Assembly (NCBI GenBank): GCA_013239625.1
Contig: MU053216.1
Coordinates: 2,632,943-2,696,942, forward strand
Reading direction: 5' to 3'
Length of the DNA stretch: 64,000 nucleotides
DNA from: Lama guanicoe
Taxonomy: Eukaryota
The position numbers and the translations under genes are program-made. Under the pieces are notes generated by a model. That model had not been told where the DNA came from and ran no database searches. It worked only from the letters and a program-made list of their open reading frames with translations. Positions 51,257-64,000 of the stretch are shown one piece after another; position 1 is the first letter of the stretch, and every line of letters starts with the position of its first letter.

Positions 51257-53686
51257 AAAACACAGAGGGAGCAGGCTCTGTGGAAGTACAGTCACCAAGG
51301 GTGTTCAAGATGACACTGCATTTTTTTGGGAATAGCCTCCTTGGTTAGATGGTGTCTAAGTCTCCTTGCAATGAAAATCGTTCACATTCTTATGCAGCCA
51401 CTAAGGGGAACAAGTGACTTGTCCTGTCGTCTTAGCAGATGCTGTCACGAGTGTGTGTGGACCCCGTGTCGGTGGGGTAGAATAATGTATCCCATCACGA
51501 GTCGCTGAGCTGCCCACGCCTGCTTTTCTGTGAACTGGACTGTCTGGAAGCCAGGCACGCGTCTTACATGTTTTCAAAAGATGACGTAAGAGGAGAAACC
51601 GGAGTGCGTTGTCCTCTGTGTCTTCCATTTCATGTTGTTCTGTTCTGTTTTTGACACGTACACAGAACAGAAGAGAGGGTACGATGAAATGGTTATTTGG
51701 TAGTTTTGTTAGGTCCCAAGGTCCCAAATTTTATAACCCCATTAACAAAAAATGCACTGGCACTCAAGGTCACAAATCTCTCAAATATTTGAGGTTATGA
51801 AACCAAAAATTCACATTAGAAATATTTTCTCCTAGAGCTTTAAGCCCATAATCAAATTCCAAATAATTCTTCCTGAAATTACACATGGAAATTTAGTAAT
51901 ATAACATAAAAAATAAATTCTTTTTTATGTTGTATTGACAATAATTTCATACTCTGCACAGTATTAACTTTGTGAGAGTTAATTATTGAAAAAAATTGTG
52001 GCACCATATACAATTAAAGTGGTGTATTATACTGAAGGGAATATAAATGTTGAATGGCTTTGCTTAATGAGCATTGCTAAAGGAAGAATTTCTATTATGT
52101 GAAATGATAATTTCAACTCATGTAGCAAATTTGGCTTGATCACTGTTTGCTGTCCCTGAATTTATAAGACAAAGTGGAACACATACCAAAAAGAAAAAAA
52201 AAATGTGGTTTTCCCATTCGATAAATCTATTTTTCTCAGATGTATAACTAGCCGTTGATTCTCCTGCCACCCTGTGACCCGCGGACGCCAGGGAAGCAGT
52301 GGGTTCTGTCAAGTAAGCGGGCACACCCCCTGCTCACGCGAGCGGAGCTGCTGGTCAGGGGCTGAAGGCCCGGCAGAGGCGGGCGGAGCGGACGTGCGTC
52401 CTATTCTGCATGTACCGTCTGACATACCTGTTTGCCGCTCCTCTCCAAAAGGAGCTGAACCCTCCAGGGACGCTGTATTCCATGCAGAAGAGAAGCGTCA
52501 AATTGTCATCATCAGTTCCTAAAACCGTGTGCACATTGCACTCAGTTCCTCCCATGGAGAATTTATGTACCATGTTTTTAAAGTTTCAGTGATTCTTTTA
52601 TCTGGAAACCAGTAAAATTCAACAAAATTCGTGATGTAGGCTTAGATTTTCTAAGGTACCTATAAGTAAATCCAGTTTCTCTTAACAGTTTGGAAGTTCC
52701 TTCAGCAACATCATTCAAATTCTAAACAGAAAAAAATGCAACTCAAACTTAAAACATTCTTTTATTCTTAAATGTCTGCGGCTTTTGCAAAGCAGAGCTG
52801 AATCAGCTTCCCAGCTTCTGAATATATGATGGATGAATTGCACTTGACCTGCTCAACAAGCAAGACAAGCTCCATGCTTTTACTTTCTAAAATTAAAATT
52901 TATCAACAGAATTTCCCCTCCAGCAAAGCAAATTTGGTTTCCTCTGAAGAAGGAAGATATGAAACTGCTGGGTTAGGGACAAAGAAAAGGAAGGAAAGAG
53001 AGAAGAATCCTGACTGGGGGCAGAGAGCTCACCCCTGGGCTCTCAGTGTAAGACCCCAAGCAAGAACAGGTTAATCTTTGTCTCTTAGACACTTTCTGTT
53101 GTTTGTTACAGAAGAATCAGCATTCCTAGTATTAATAGACCATACACTGCCCAGGGCTGACCTAGATTTATACCACAAATACAATTTTAACTGTCACTTC
53201 TGTGTGGCTTTCATCACGACCATCGTTTATTCATGCTTGAGTACATGTTTAAAAACTGCTCTTCAATCTTACTAATTTCTGCTGCTAACTCATTATTAAC
53301 AAGATGATAGGTTTTCCACCAATGGGTTCCGTGTGCATTGCAAGTTGCAGTGTTTAGGACGGTGACAATGACAGGAAATAGACTGAGATGTGGCACTGAA
53401 AGCACGTGAAAAAGCAAGACAAAGAATCTCCAGAAACCTGGTTGAAGCTTGGAAGACCTCCCTTGTTTTGAGAAGCGTGGAGTGGTCTTGAAGTTTTGAT
53501 CAGAGCAATGAGGCTTAAGAAAGAGCAGGGAGGATTCTGCTGAAATCTGCTCAATTCTCTGCTAAAAAAAAATCGTACCGATACCCCCAACTCTTTCCTA
53601 GCCAACAGTGCTCACCCCTAACCATCACAACAGAAATTCCCCGGCTCGTACTGGAAATTCACGTATTTATCAGTGAGACGGCAGCA

Positions 53687-53719
53687 ACTAACACTAACTA
53701 ACTAACTAACTAAACTAAC
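53687..53719 (+). repeat. (CTAA)n / ACTAAC cluster
   Basis: actaacactaactaactaactaactaaactaac. Confidence 0.9.
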
Positions 53720-56700
53720 GCTCACGGAAGCTGTGAGAAGGCAGGCGTCACCCAGTAATCCGGAAACACCAGTTTCCATTCATATCCGTCTCTTTTATCT
53801 CTTTGAAATACCTTTTTAGAAAAAAAGACAAAGGACTAAGTACATAAATAAATACACAAACACATAAAAACAGAAGGAGGAAAAGGCAGAAGTCAGGAAG
53901 TAGGTGACCAGTTCTTCCTGGCAGGTTCGTAAGAAAGCACATAGAAGCTGGAAAACAGCACCAGAGAGCCACCGAGCACAGATTGACATGATGAGCAGAC
54001 AGGAGAGTGACGCTCAGACCCTCGCAAGCCGCTTGAACCAAGATGGTGCCATTGCAACATCGACAGAGGTCTGACTCCTAAGTTTGCTGTCTAGATTTTA
54101 GCTCTTTGTTCGCAATATTGATCTGACGCCAGTGTTGTTATACTAAGGTCCATGTCTATATATATATTTTTTTTTTGCTTCCAGATCTCATTTTTAAGAA
54201 ATTTTAGTTAAGCTGTTTCCTACACAAGCAGGAGGATTTACTGACTCTTTGGCCATTCTGACCTGAGCTCATTGTTCTCTTAATAAACACACCAGGTTTT
54301 CTCCATCAAGTTCTTAGAAAGACTCTGGGCTCGGATGGGGTCAAAGGAAGGCGGGGAAATACTGCTGTGACCAGGTGTTGGTAATTCCGTCCAACCCAAC
54401 CTACCTGAGGAGCAAGAGTGACCAGACAGCAGGCAGCTCTGGGACCTTCACTGCGTGGTGCAACTTGTACCATCCACACTGTCTTTATTAATGACACACA
54501 CTGCCGAGCGCATCTTTAAATATCACGACCTGACTGTGCAATAGAGTCTGCCTGTGAAAACGATTATTTTTAAAAAATTTTTGTCATTGTTTCCATTGTA
54601 ACATTTATGGCTAGTAAGTTTATAAAAAGTCTTCCAAGAAGATTCTTACCCAAAGCATTTTGGAAAAATATTTTCTATTTTCTAAAGCATCGGTTTGTAA
54701 ATGGGACCAGACCTGTAGGGCTTTCTTTTTCTTTACAAAGAGATCTCACAAAGAGAGTAGTAATGATGGTTCTTGTGCGTTAGGATTCATTCACTTAATG
54801 TTTTCTTACAAAAAATACGCTGAATAGCTGGTACACGCCCAACAATAAAAAAAGATGTATAGTCCATCTTATACTGAACGAAAGTCCTCATAAGCACATA
54901 CACTTTAAATGTAACCACTTTCAATCATTATCTTCTTTCTTGCTCATCTACAAACTCCCTAACATTTTGTGGTTTAGAAAATGTCTTACTTTCAGGTTAC
55001 AATTAACAAAGCTTCACTCCAGCTCAACTGTTTCTTTAACTAAGATATTTATTTGGCGGGTTCCAGATTCCACCACAGATACAAGATTTGGGAGGTAAAG
55101 TGTGTCCTATTTACTGTTCTTCATCCATGTATGTATCAAACATGAAACAGTTTATATTTGCCTTTAATTTTGGACTTAATCAGCTCTGACTATAATTTTA
55201 TGAAAGTGCAAATTTATATCTACTGCAGTTTAGCTAAGAAAAGAATACATTTGGCTTGCAGTTTTGAAGTCAGTTACGTGCATGCAACATCCTCCCGAGC
55301 CTGGTACCCAGCACACTTTGCATTCTCATTTTTGTAGTCTTAAGATGTGACTTATTGGGAGCTTACCAGGAAGGCCCATATCTCTGTCTATGTGACACTG
55401 TTTGGGTTTCTTTTTATTACACTAGAATAGTCAAAACCCATCCTTTAATTTGCAGTGTAGTACATCACAAACCAAATGCATTTCCTCACTTCTGCCCATT
55501 CTCCTATTCTCCTGTTCATCCCGTAAAACCAGAAATGACCATCTGATGAAGCTTAATTTTACATGTAACAGTCCTCAGATAGTCACCTTTCAAATGTAAT
55601 AAAGTTTTTTCACTTAAAGGATCAAGCCACTCATAACAAAAAATTAACTGCAAATTAAGAGATTAACTTTGTTAAAAAAAAAATTCACAACAAGCTCACT
55701 GTTTCTAAGAAGCAGGGAAACCGCATGTCCCGTCAGGTTGCTGCTGTCCAGGTCTGTGCTGAGCCCAGACAGCCCCCTCCCTGAGGAGCGGCTGGGAGGT
55801 AAAGACACGGTGCTTGGACTGGAGCCGTAAGCACGAGCAGGCCGAGCTGCCCCGCGGGCCGTCAGGTCCGTCCGGTTGATGACTTGCGTTCAGTTGCCTG
55901 AGGCCTCGTGCATCTGCCCCACCACCCCTCATCAAGCCACCTTACCTACATCAGAACGAGCCCAGTAGGGGCTCTCATTTCCAAAAGTGTGCAGCAAGGG
56001 CGGGCTTAAAACTCTCATAAGAACGTTTTAAAAAGAGAAAAGATTGTCTTCCTTCATGTGTACGCCACTGGAAACTCTATATTCTGGGGAAGAATGATTT
56101 TCTGCCTTAATCTTTAGAGTATAAATAGCCTGAGATCACTTCCAAGCACTAAGCGTGGGAGAAACGACTGCACTCAACAAGCATGTGTTGAAATGGCCAG
56201 AAATGACCTGGAAATGTAACGTGAATCATCATTTCCTCCGGACTTTCTGGGACGACGGCATGAAGACATGGAGACCAGTGGCTCCCGGGGGCGACTCCAT
56301 GGGGCTGCCTTGTTCCCGTTCCCACATTTCTGTGTATGTGTAACTGTTTCAGTTTCATTTGTCAGCAACTCTCTGTTTACCCGGCTTCCTGTTATTAATT
56401 ATGGGGAGCAGGTTTTCTTGAAATATATTTGAGACTCTTTTAACTCTTGTCCAGACAAGACGAGATATTGATGATTCCTTTAATGTTGGTACAAAGCTGG
56501 AAACTGACTTAGAACATATTGTTGCCTCACGTAGTTGACAATGTATAACTCACAGAAAAAAGTAAAGACAGAAATAATAATAATAAGAAGAAGAAATCAC
56601 AGCAGTGTCTCTTCCTGTCTCCAGACACTGAGATACTTTCTTCATTGGACATGACAATTAATTAACAGATCACAGCATGAATTCGGAACTCTAATAGCCC

Positions 56701-59024
56701 AGAGAAACGTTTCAAAGGTCAACTCAAGTAGTTAAATGCTAAAGGACAGTAAGATTTGTTCTAGAGTAAGTGCCTCTATAAAGAGACAAAAGCACTGACC
56801 TGGTTAGTGGGCACTGCAAGGCTCCCCCTCCTCTGCAAACATCTGGCCAGCCCATCGAGCTCCTGTCTTTGAAATAGGAGCAAATATCCTTGCATGCACT
56901 CAAATCCTGAAGGAGCCAAAACATCTGGAAGTTTTAGAAGAAAAGCAAAATAGCGATGGGGGGAAAATCCAGATTAAACCCTGCAGATGTGTAATCGGGC
57001 TGTCAGTTATGCTACGAGGAAATGAGGGCAGAAATAACCAGAAGCCACTGGGTGGAAAATGAAAATAGTTCCACGAGCCGATGCCAAGCCCTCAGCGGAG
57101 AAACCGCTCCTGACTCGTGGAGAGGGGCTCTCGAAGCAGAGGTCGGAAAGTGCTACCACGTGCAGTGTGGTGGATTAGCCATCGCCCCCAAGTTCTTTTC
57201 CATCGAAGCACAATTAAAGTTCTTCAGACGCCCCCCTCTCTCCTTGGTCATTAATTCAGGCAGCTACTCGGAGTTTGGCTTTCTTCAGTGACAAGCGCTC
57301 CCTCCACCCTCCTCGCCCCTTTCTAAGACCCCCTAATACTGCTGAATGGCCAGAAATTACAGATGCAAGAAAATCTGACAAATGCCTGCCAGGCCCCTCC
57401 CCCAGTGCCTCGACAGTCAAGCCCCTGCCAGAGGGTGCCTGAAAGCGCTCCCAGAGACAAAGACACAAAGATTCCATTTTCCCAGTGAAAATAGACTTCA
57501 TGTGCAAAACACTAGTGAGAAAAATTGAGAACTGGCACATATGTGCAATTTTAGGGAGGCCGGGCTGCATATTTCAAGGAGCTTGAAATTGCATTTGATT
57601 GCATCAAAAACCCCTCGCAAATGTTGTTTAACCTAAAAGTCTTTTCAGTCTGTAAAAAGACATTCAGTGGCAAGAGATTTTATTTTTTATTTTTTTTAAG
57701 CACATGGCTAAAAAGGAGAAAGAGTCTTGAGCTCAGGAGAGAGGTTGATCACATCCTACTGCTGCGTAGAGAATTAACACTGGCTCACATCACAGGGTCT
57801 GCGAAACAAAGGGGAAAGTTTAAAAAAAAAACTCTATTAAATCAAAAGGTTCAGAGAGATACTATTAAATCCTTATGAGTATGTTTTCTATAAAGAGAAT
57901 CCCCTCCCAGCAGCCCCGGGGTATCATTACTGGAGAGGCAGCAAACGGTTTATTAGAGATTCAAGCCATGGCATCTGAGCCTTGCCAAGCATGCAAGTTT
58001 TAGCCTGTGAGCCCAGGGCCCTTGGTTTCCACTGTGCCTCTGGGATCTGACAGCGAGAGCTGTCTGGTTGGTCCCCACGCCGCGCCGGGCAGTGTGTAGG
58101 TGCAAAGCCTGGGAAACAAAGAAAGACCATCATTTCCTAAGGAAAGGTCATACTTCCCTTCCTCCCTAAATTCCTATAGGCCAGGGTAACTTATGGAGAT
58201 GAAAAGAAAAATGTGTGCCAAAAAAAAATCACAAAATGAATGTGGGAATTAATTCATTTACAACATACCTTCAAGTGATGCTATATTGTAAATAAATTGA
58301 GAGGGAGAGGAGGAGAGGAGGAGAGAGCGAGGGAAAGAGAAAGTTTGGAGTTTTCATTTAGAATTATCTTTTCATGCAAAGGAGGGAGCGTCTCCCATCT
58401 GCCTTCTTAGATTTTTAACTTCGGGGTCTCTTTGTCTTTCTTTAGTTTCATTCACCATGCAAAGCCAATTCAGTTGTGTAAGAAAAGTGACCATGGGGCC
58501 ATTTTTAAGCAGGGTAATTCTGCAAGATTTAAATTGACCATTTGATAGAATTTTGCTTTCTTCGAATACCCTAGGCTTTAAGAGCTCCATGGAAACCTTT
58601 AGTAAGTACTTCCATCTCAAATGGGGTCCACTGACATCCCCAGCCCGACCCATTCAATAGTGTTCTGTTCTTCACAGACAGGTTCAGTACTTGCGGAATC
58701 CTTCGAATGGGCTTAAGATGTGTTGGCAAAATTTTGACCATTAACAGGTTAAAATTCAGTTAATAGTAGCCATCAAGGGCTGCAGACCAGGACATTGCAT
58801 TGGGAAAGTCTTAATGAAGAGAACTGACAATAAATTTTTTACAGACTGAGAACACATTTTTGTGCTCTACCACTCCTTCCAAGCCCCTGCTCCTCTTAAC
58901 ATTCTTGAGTTAATAAGAATAGCAGACAAAAGAAACTAAAAATTGACTTCATCATTGAATAAAAGACGACTTAGAGAAAAAGAGAATATTCGGTAAATCC
59001 AATGACCATTAGAATGTTTCCCAC

Positions 59025-59203
59025 AAAACAGGTAAACAGCAAGGTCCCACTGTATAGGCACAAGGAACCCTATTCAATGACCTATAATGAAAAAGAATAT
59101 GAAAAATAATATATATATATATATATAAATGTGCAACTGAATCCCTATGCTGTGCACCAGAAACTAACAGAATGTTGTAAATCAACTATACTTCAAAAAA
59201 AAA
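59025..59203 (+). mobile_element. L1 3' end fragment with internal (TA)n
   Basis: aaacagcaaggtcccactgtatagg...cctataatgaaaaagaatatg...ttgtaaatcaactatacttcaaaaaaaaa. Confidence 0.88.
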
Positions 59204-59627
59204 GTTTCATACAGGCTCTTCATTCTACAGCAGCATTTGTGACAGGATACAGTCTCATCCTTACCAATCTAATCAAAACGCAGGGCGTTTATGACACGAA
59301 TGAAGAAAGCTGATATTTTATTCGTGGTCTAAAACTCATCTAAGTGCCCCAAGCGCCCACTTATTGGCTACGAAAAGGGAGTATGGGATTCGGAGCACCG
59401 TTTGGGGAGTCTGGGAGCACGACTTTTTACGCACACTCAGCCACGCTGAACTCGAGTGAGTGAGTCTCTGAGACTCCATTTTTCTGTCTATCACATGAGA
59501 AGTTTTGCTAATCACAGAAAATTGGGGATTAACCTACAAAGGCAGCACTGACTCCAAAATGCTGACGTAATGTGAGTGTGGGGCGGGGGCTGGGCTGGGG
59601 GCGCGCTCCACTTCGTTGTATGTGTGC

Positions 59628-59795
59628 TTTTTTCTTCTTTTGTTTTGAAGTACAGTCGGTCACAATGTGTCCGTTTCTGGTGTAGAGCACAATGTGTCAG
59701 TCATACATATACACGCATATATTCATTTTCGCCTTGTTCTCCGTTATAGGTCACTACGAGATATTGAATGTAGTTCCCTGTGCTCTACAGAAGAA
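59628..59795 (-). mobile_element. L1 3' end fragment
   Basis: ttttgaagtacagtcggtcacaatgtgtccgtttctggtgtagagcacaatg...gatattgaatgtagttccctgtgct; same subfamily as the copy at 22267. Confidence 0.88.
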
Positions 59796-60049
59796 TAAAA
59801 CTTTAAATTTCACATGAGGAGCAAGTCAGTGTCATTCACAGAGACAGGAAGTCCCTGGTGGATTTGGTAAAATGGGTCGCCCAAGAGCCGTGGAATGACC
59901 ACGCCTCAGACCAGTCGATCAAGGCGTTCTTGGACTTTTCGGAATATTTCAACCTTCTGTAACGTTAAATCTGAGTCTGGGGTTTTAAAGGTCCTGAAGG
60001 ATAGCTGAATGCGTATTCAGATGAACGCTTTCTCCCCTTGTTAGTCATT

Positions 60050-60385
60050 CTCCTGCGAAGCGGGCCTGCAGAGAGCAGCCGCGTGAGGCAAAGCCCCAGC
60101 CCGACGGGGCGAGCTGTGTCCGGCCCGCTGGCCCGCCCGCCGGGGCCGGGGAATAGCGGGGGGGCCCGGGACGCTTCGGTCACTCACAGGCCCTCAGCCG
60201 TGCCTCCTGGCGGAGCCTCAGCCCAGGTGCCCCGGAGCCCAGACGAACAGGACAGGAAGAAAACTCACCGTCACGCGGACAGAAAATACACGCTGTTGAA
60301 GTGCGAGTGACAGAAACGCGCGCCTAAGGAGGGAGCGCTCGTCCAACTCGAGGGGGCCGCCAAGCTCAAGTTCTAGACCGCGTCT
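60050..60385. promoter_or_regulatory. Short intronic CpG-rich patch
   Basis: ~330 bp that is GC/CpG-dense, with a CTCF-like CCGCCAGGAGGCAC on the minus strand at ~60200-60213. Confidence 0.35.
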
Positions 60386-63300
60386 CTTACGGTGTTTTGT
60401 TTTTTTTTTTTAAACAAAATACCAGGATTCTCTGACTCAGGAGCAGAAAGGGGAAAGACAGAGAATCACCTTAGCTTGGTCTTCATGGAGCTTAACTGAA
60501 AGGGAAGAAACCACGTTGCTTAATCATATTCAATATTCCCTTTTTGGAAAATTCAACTCTTATCAGAGACGAGAAGAATGGCAGAAATGGAGCAGTATTA
60601 TTCAGATAGAAAAGTTAGTCTCTTTAGAGAAATTAGATAACAGATAGAGAAAATGTATTTAACGTGTTTGGGAATAAAATCTAGATTTACTTAGCAATTG
60701 GACTCAGCATTCAAAGGTTTAAACTCACTTTACACACGGGAAGCACATCCAAAGGGAAGCTGATCCTTACAGTCAGTCAGTGACGTGACGGTAGGCAAAC
60801 TGCTTTCTCTCTTCAGAGGTCTCGGTTATTACTGGACAAGACTTGTTTTGGGGGACGCCTCAAAACAATGTTTTCTGGGGTGAACTTAGTAGCCCTAGAA
60901 AAGGGAGGATTTAGGATGTGAAAAGTTGGCAGATGTCTACAGATATTTGGAATGGAAAACACTTCCATAAGAGGATAAAAATCAATTTTAGCTAATTTGC
61001 TTAGCATGGCCTGAGTTTTACATAATATCTTTGTTTTATACAGGGATCCTGGCAAAATTACCAACAAACCCATAAAGGACACTGAAGGCCATTCAATCTC
61101 CATCTTCACTGCCAGTCCCACAGACTTTGAAGAAATAAGCTATGTCTCCAAAGACCGACACTCCAAACAGCACAGTTACGCCCTAAATCGAGGGCAGGAT
61201 TCAGGTACGTCATTGCTTTTTGGTTCCTTTGCAATGCTTTGTTCTTCCTGCTGAAGATAATTTCTTCTCCCCACCCCCCGGCTTCCTTTTCTTCCTCTCA
61301 TTCACGTATGTCTTTTATAATTCGCATTGTTTACCGTCCTTTCATCAAGTCTGTGCCACGTCACTCAGGCACACCATCCGGCAGGACGCCGACACACACA
61401 TTAGAGGAGGCAGGGAGCCGTGGGAGGTTTGCACCGTCTCATCAGGGCGGTTATAATAAGTATCTTGGTGTCACTGAAGGCACTGTATTCAAATAATAGC
61501 CTTCCTCCTTACTCTTTTTAAATATGAAAGGCAACGGTGAAGCCTTTGAGGGGCCCAACCAAACAACACACATGTGAAAGTAGATCAGTGAGCCTTTGAA
61601 AAAAATAAATATCCTTCCATGAGATCCGTGAAGAATCTTAGCAGGTTTTAAAGAAAGACCTCCAGGTAAATGATGGCTGTTAATAAGACACATGACAGTC
61701 TCAGCGATGAGACTCGGTCCTGTGTGTTCTCTTGCCGTTTTATGTTCCCAGCAGGATTTTTTTTCTCATCAAGAGTTTCCAGGGAGCCTACTGTTGTCTG
61801 TGTGGTCAGCATATTTAAGTGGTCCCCCCCAGCTTCACTAATTAAAAAAAAAAAAGAAAAACAGACAAGACAAGAACAGCGACGTTGTCAAGCGGTCAGA
61901 CAGACTGGAACTGGAGGATTAGAGGTCGGAGGGAAGAAATGGAGGGTTGAAAGCTGTAATTTCTGTTTCTGTGGTGCCAAACGAATCAGCTGTTGCAGCC
62001 GGGCAGCTGAAGACACAGCTCCTTAAGCAGAGGGTCTGGGAAGAGGGCACTTCTGAGCATCCCAGGGCAGCCAGCCTCCAGGAGTCGGGGTTACCCGCTG
62101 GGTCCCTCTCCTGGCCGCCTCTGCCCCCCACTTTCCCATCCCACTTGACTCCATCCCTGTCTCTGGCAATTCCATGTATTGCTTTCCTTTTTCCTGTTTG
62201 TTTTTTTATCCATACTTTTTACCTTTTTTTTTTTTGACACTAGTTGCTTGGCCTTTGACCCTTGTTCAAAGCACAGCTGGGTGCTCCTGGGTAACAAAGA
62301 GCAGGCTTTAACAGGAGACTGCATCTCTGAGCGCCTCCTCACACGTCCACGTTCATTTCTGAGCATGGTGTGGCTGGAGATATTCAGGGACAGTCCCTCC
62401 CCTGGAATGGTTTTAAAGAACACGTATGTCTCTGTAGTTGTCATAGTTTAAGTAATAGTATAAAAAACATAGAGCAGTGTAATATCACGAATGCAGACTT
62501 AGGGAAAAATGTTCTTGTCTAAATCAAAAAAGGAATGAGCACACATGAGAATGAACGCATCGATTTCTCCTGGTCCCACTGTAGGCTGTTCTGTGATGAT
62601 GCAACTTGGTGATTCTTGTCTTCCTGCTACGTGAACAGACCCCCAGCTAACGTCAGAGTCTATAGGAGTGTGTATATGTGCTCTTAACAAACACTGCAGG
62701 GTTAGTCAGGCTTCAGGTTGACTCTTCGAGGGTCTCCAGGGACAGGGCCCGCAGCCGTGTGTCACTTGTCTGCCGTCTGCAGAGGGCGCCCAGGGAGGCA
62801 GCTCCCTGACAATTCAAGTCAGATTGCACTAAAATACGATATCCCCAGTCTGCTCTTTATACTGCCCAGTAAATCACACATGCACAGCAACGTTTGTCCA
62901 CTGTTAAATTCCCTGTCGCACAATTCTGTTAAATTCTGAATGGCGACTCTAGCCAGAGAAGCCTAGAGCATCCTTTGGCTGACAAAGGAAAAAGGTCACC
63001 GCATGCCCTTGAGAAAACACGTTCAGAGCTGTTGGCAGAGATGCTGAAAGATACACTGAAAGATGTTTACTAATCGAAAATAGTTTTGTTTTTTGGGGGG
63101 GGACTGGGCTATGCTTTAGTAGTTATCAACCTGACGAAATACTTGACGGATGGGGTTCAGTCACAAAGGCAACTGAGAGAGAAATGGAATGTTAAGGGAG
63201 TCTTGTTAGGAGCAATACATATGTAGGTGATGAAGACTGTTTCTTTTTTTCAAGATGAGGTCTTGTTTCAAGTAAATAACATTTTTCAGGAAAAAAAAAG

Positions 63301-63620
63301 TTGATTAACAAAATAACATTCACAGGAGCACGTGCCACAAAACTCAAAATGCTGTTGCAAAAATGTTAGCTCCTAACAGGGGATTCAGTGCTGGTCTGTA
63401 ATAATTACTGTATTTCCTGCACTGAGAAGGAAAGCTCTCTTCACAGGTTGAGGATTGGTGCAGAAGTGGAGATTTTGAGTATAAGAAAGAGAATTTAATT
63501 CCTGTCCCAGGGTTACACAACTGTGATGGAAGCTTTGGTTTCCCAAATGGATGACGTGGAAATTACAGTAACTATGACCAACTTCAATTTCACTAAATAG
63601 GACTTTATCTTTCTCTAAGC

Positions 63621-63810
63621 CAAGGTTTCTCAACAGAGGCTCCATTGATATTTGGGACCAGGTAATTTTGGGCGTGGAGATTTCCTACCCACTGTAAGGT
63701 CTTCATCAGCCTCCTTGGCCTCACCCGCCGGATGCAGACAGCATCCCTGCCCGCCAGGTGGCGCCCTCAGGCCCTGCCCCTGGCGGCGCAGCGCGCGGCC
63801 GAACATGCTG
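63621..63810. mobile_element. MER20 hAT-Charlie element
   Basis: tttctcaacagaggctccattgatatttgggaccaggtaatt...cactgtaaggtcttcatcagcctccttggcctcacccgccggatgc follows the recalled MER20 consensus. The right half is GC-shifted. Confidence 0.72.
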
Positions 63811-64000
63811 CGTTCCTCCTCTCCCATCTCACTGCGGCATGAGTTATGCCGGTTCTTCACACTAACTTCAGTAGAAACTCTGCACAGAGAACTTGCAGGT
63901 ACCCAGTGAAGAACAGCTCTGCGAGGCCGGTGTTTCTGCAGGACACAAAAAACGGGCCTCGCAGCCCAGAGTGACAAGGCTCTGTTTCTGCACATGCATC

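Larger units (their letters stand above)
27401..64000 (+). other. SORBS2: 5' part (first exon plus long first intron) of a large gene; tentative identity only
   Basis: No coding exon was found for 36 kb after the donor, implying a very long first intron. The name rests only on my unverified recollection that agttcaattcagaactgcagatggtacagttcc resembles the SORBS2 distal 5' UTR. There is no protein evidence in the window. Confidence 0.35.

Noticed and set aside
1..64000. CRISPR array, operon or other prokaryote-style system
   Set aside because: The window is mammalian repeat-rich non-coding DNA, with no regularly spaced repeats and no long coding ORFs.

Overview
Mammalian, almost certainly camelid (alpaca/camel-type), non-coding genomic DNA. 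The assignment rests on two tRNA-derived Vic-1-like SINEs and cetartiodactyl-type L1 3' ends, with no Alu, BovB/BovA, PRE-1 or Can-SINE seen. I found no convincing protein-coding exon; the ORF track is noise apart from an L1 ORF2 C-terminus (1237-1458), a Tigger transposase remnant (4431-4613) and an L1 ORF1 remnant (~13645-13839). The main functional feature is a CpG-island promoter (two CCAAT boxes, GC box, Inr-like motifs) with a + strand first exon (~27401-27604) ending in a perfect GTAAGT donor. The remaining ~36 kb looks like one long first intron. My unverified recollection is that this exon resembles the distal first exon of SORBS2. The rest is old and young transposon remnants, microsatellites and one assembly gap. 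I see no new gene system. The best observations are patchy AT-to-GC rewriting of old repeats (likely GC-biased gene conversion hotspots creating CpG patches and possibly a CTCF motif), a triple-nested insertion with a twin-primed L1, two long perfect palindromes, an inverted L1 pair, an ACTAAC (QKI-type) cluster and candidate recursive splice sites. Repeat subfamily names come from recalled consensus sequences, and boundaries are approximate.
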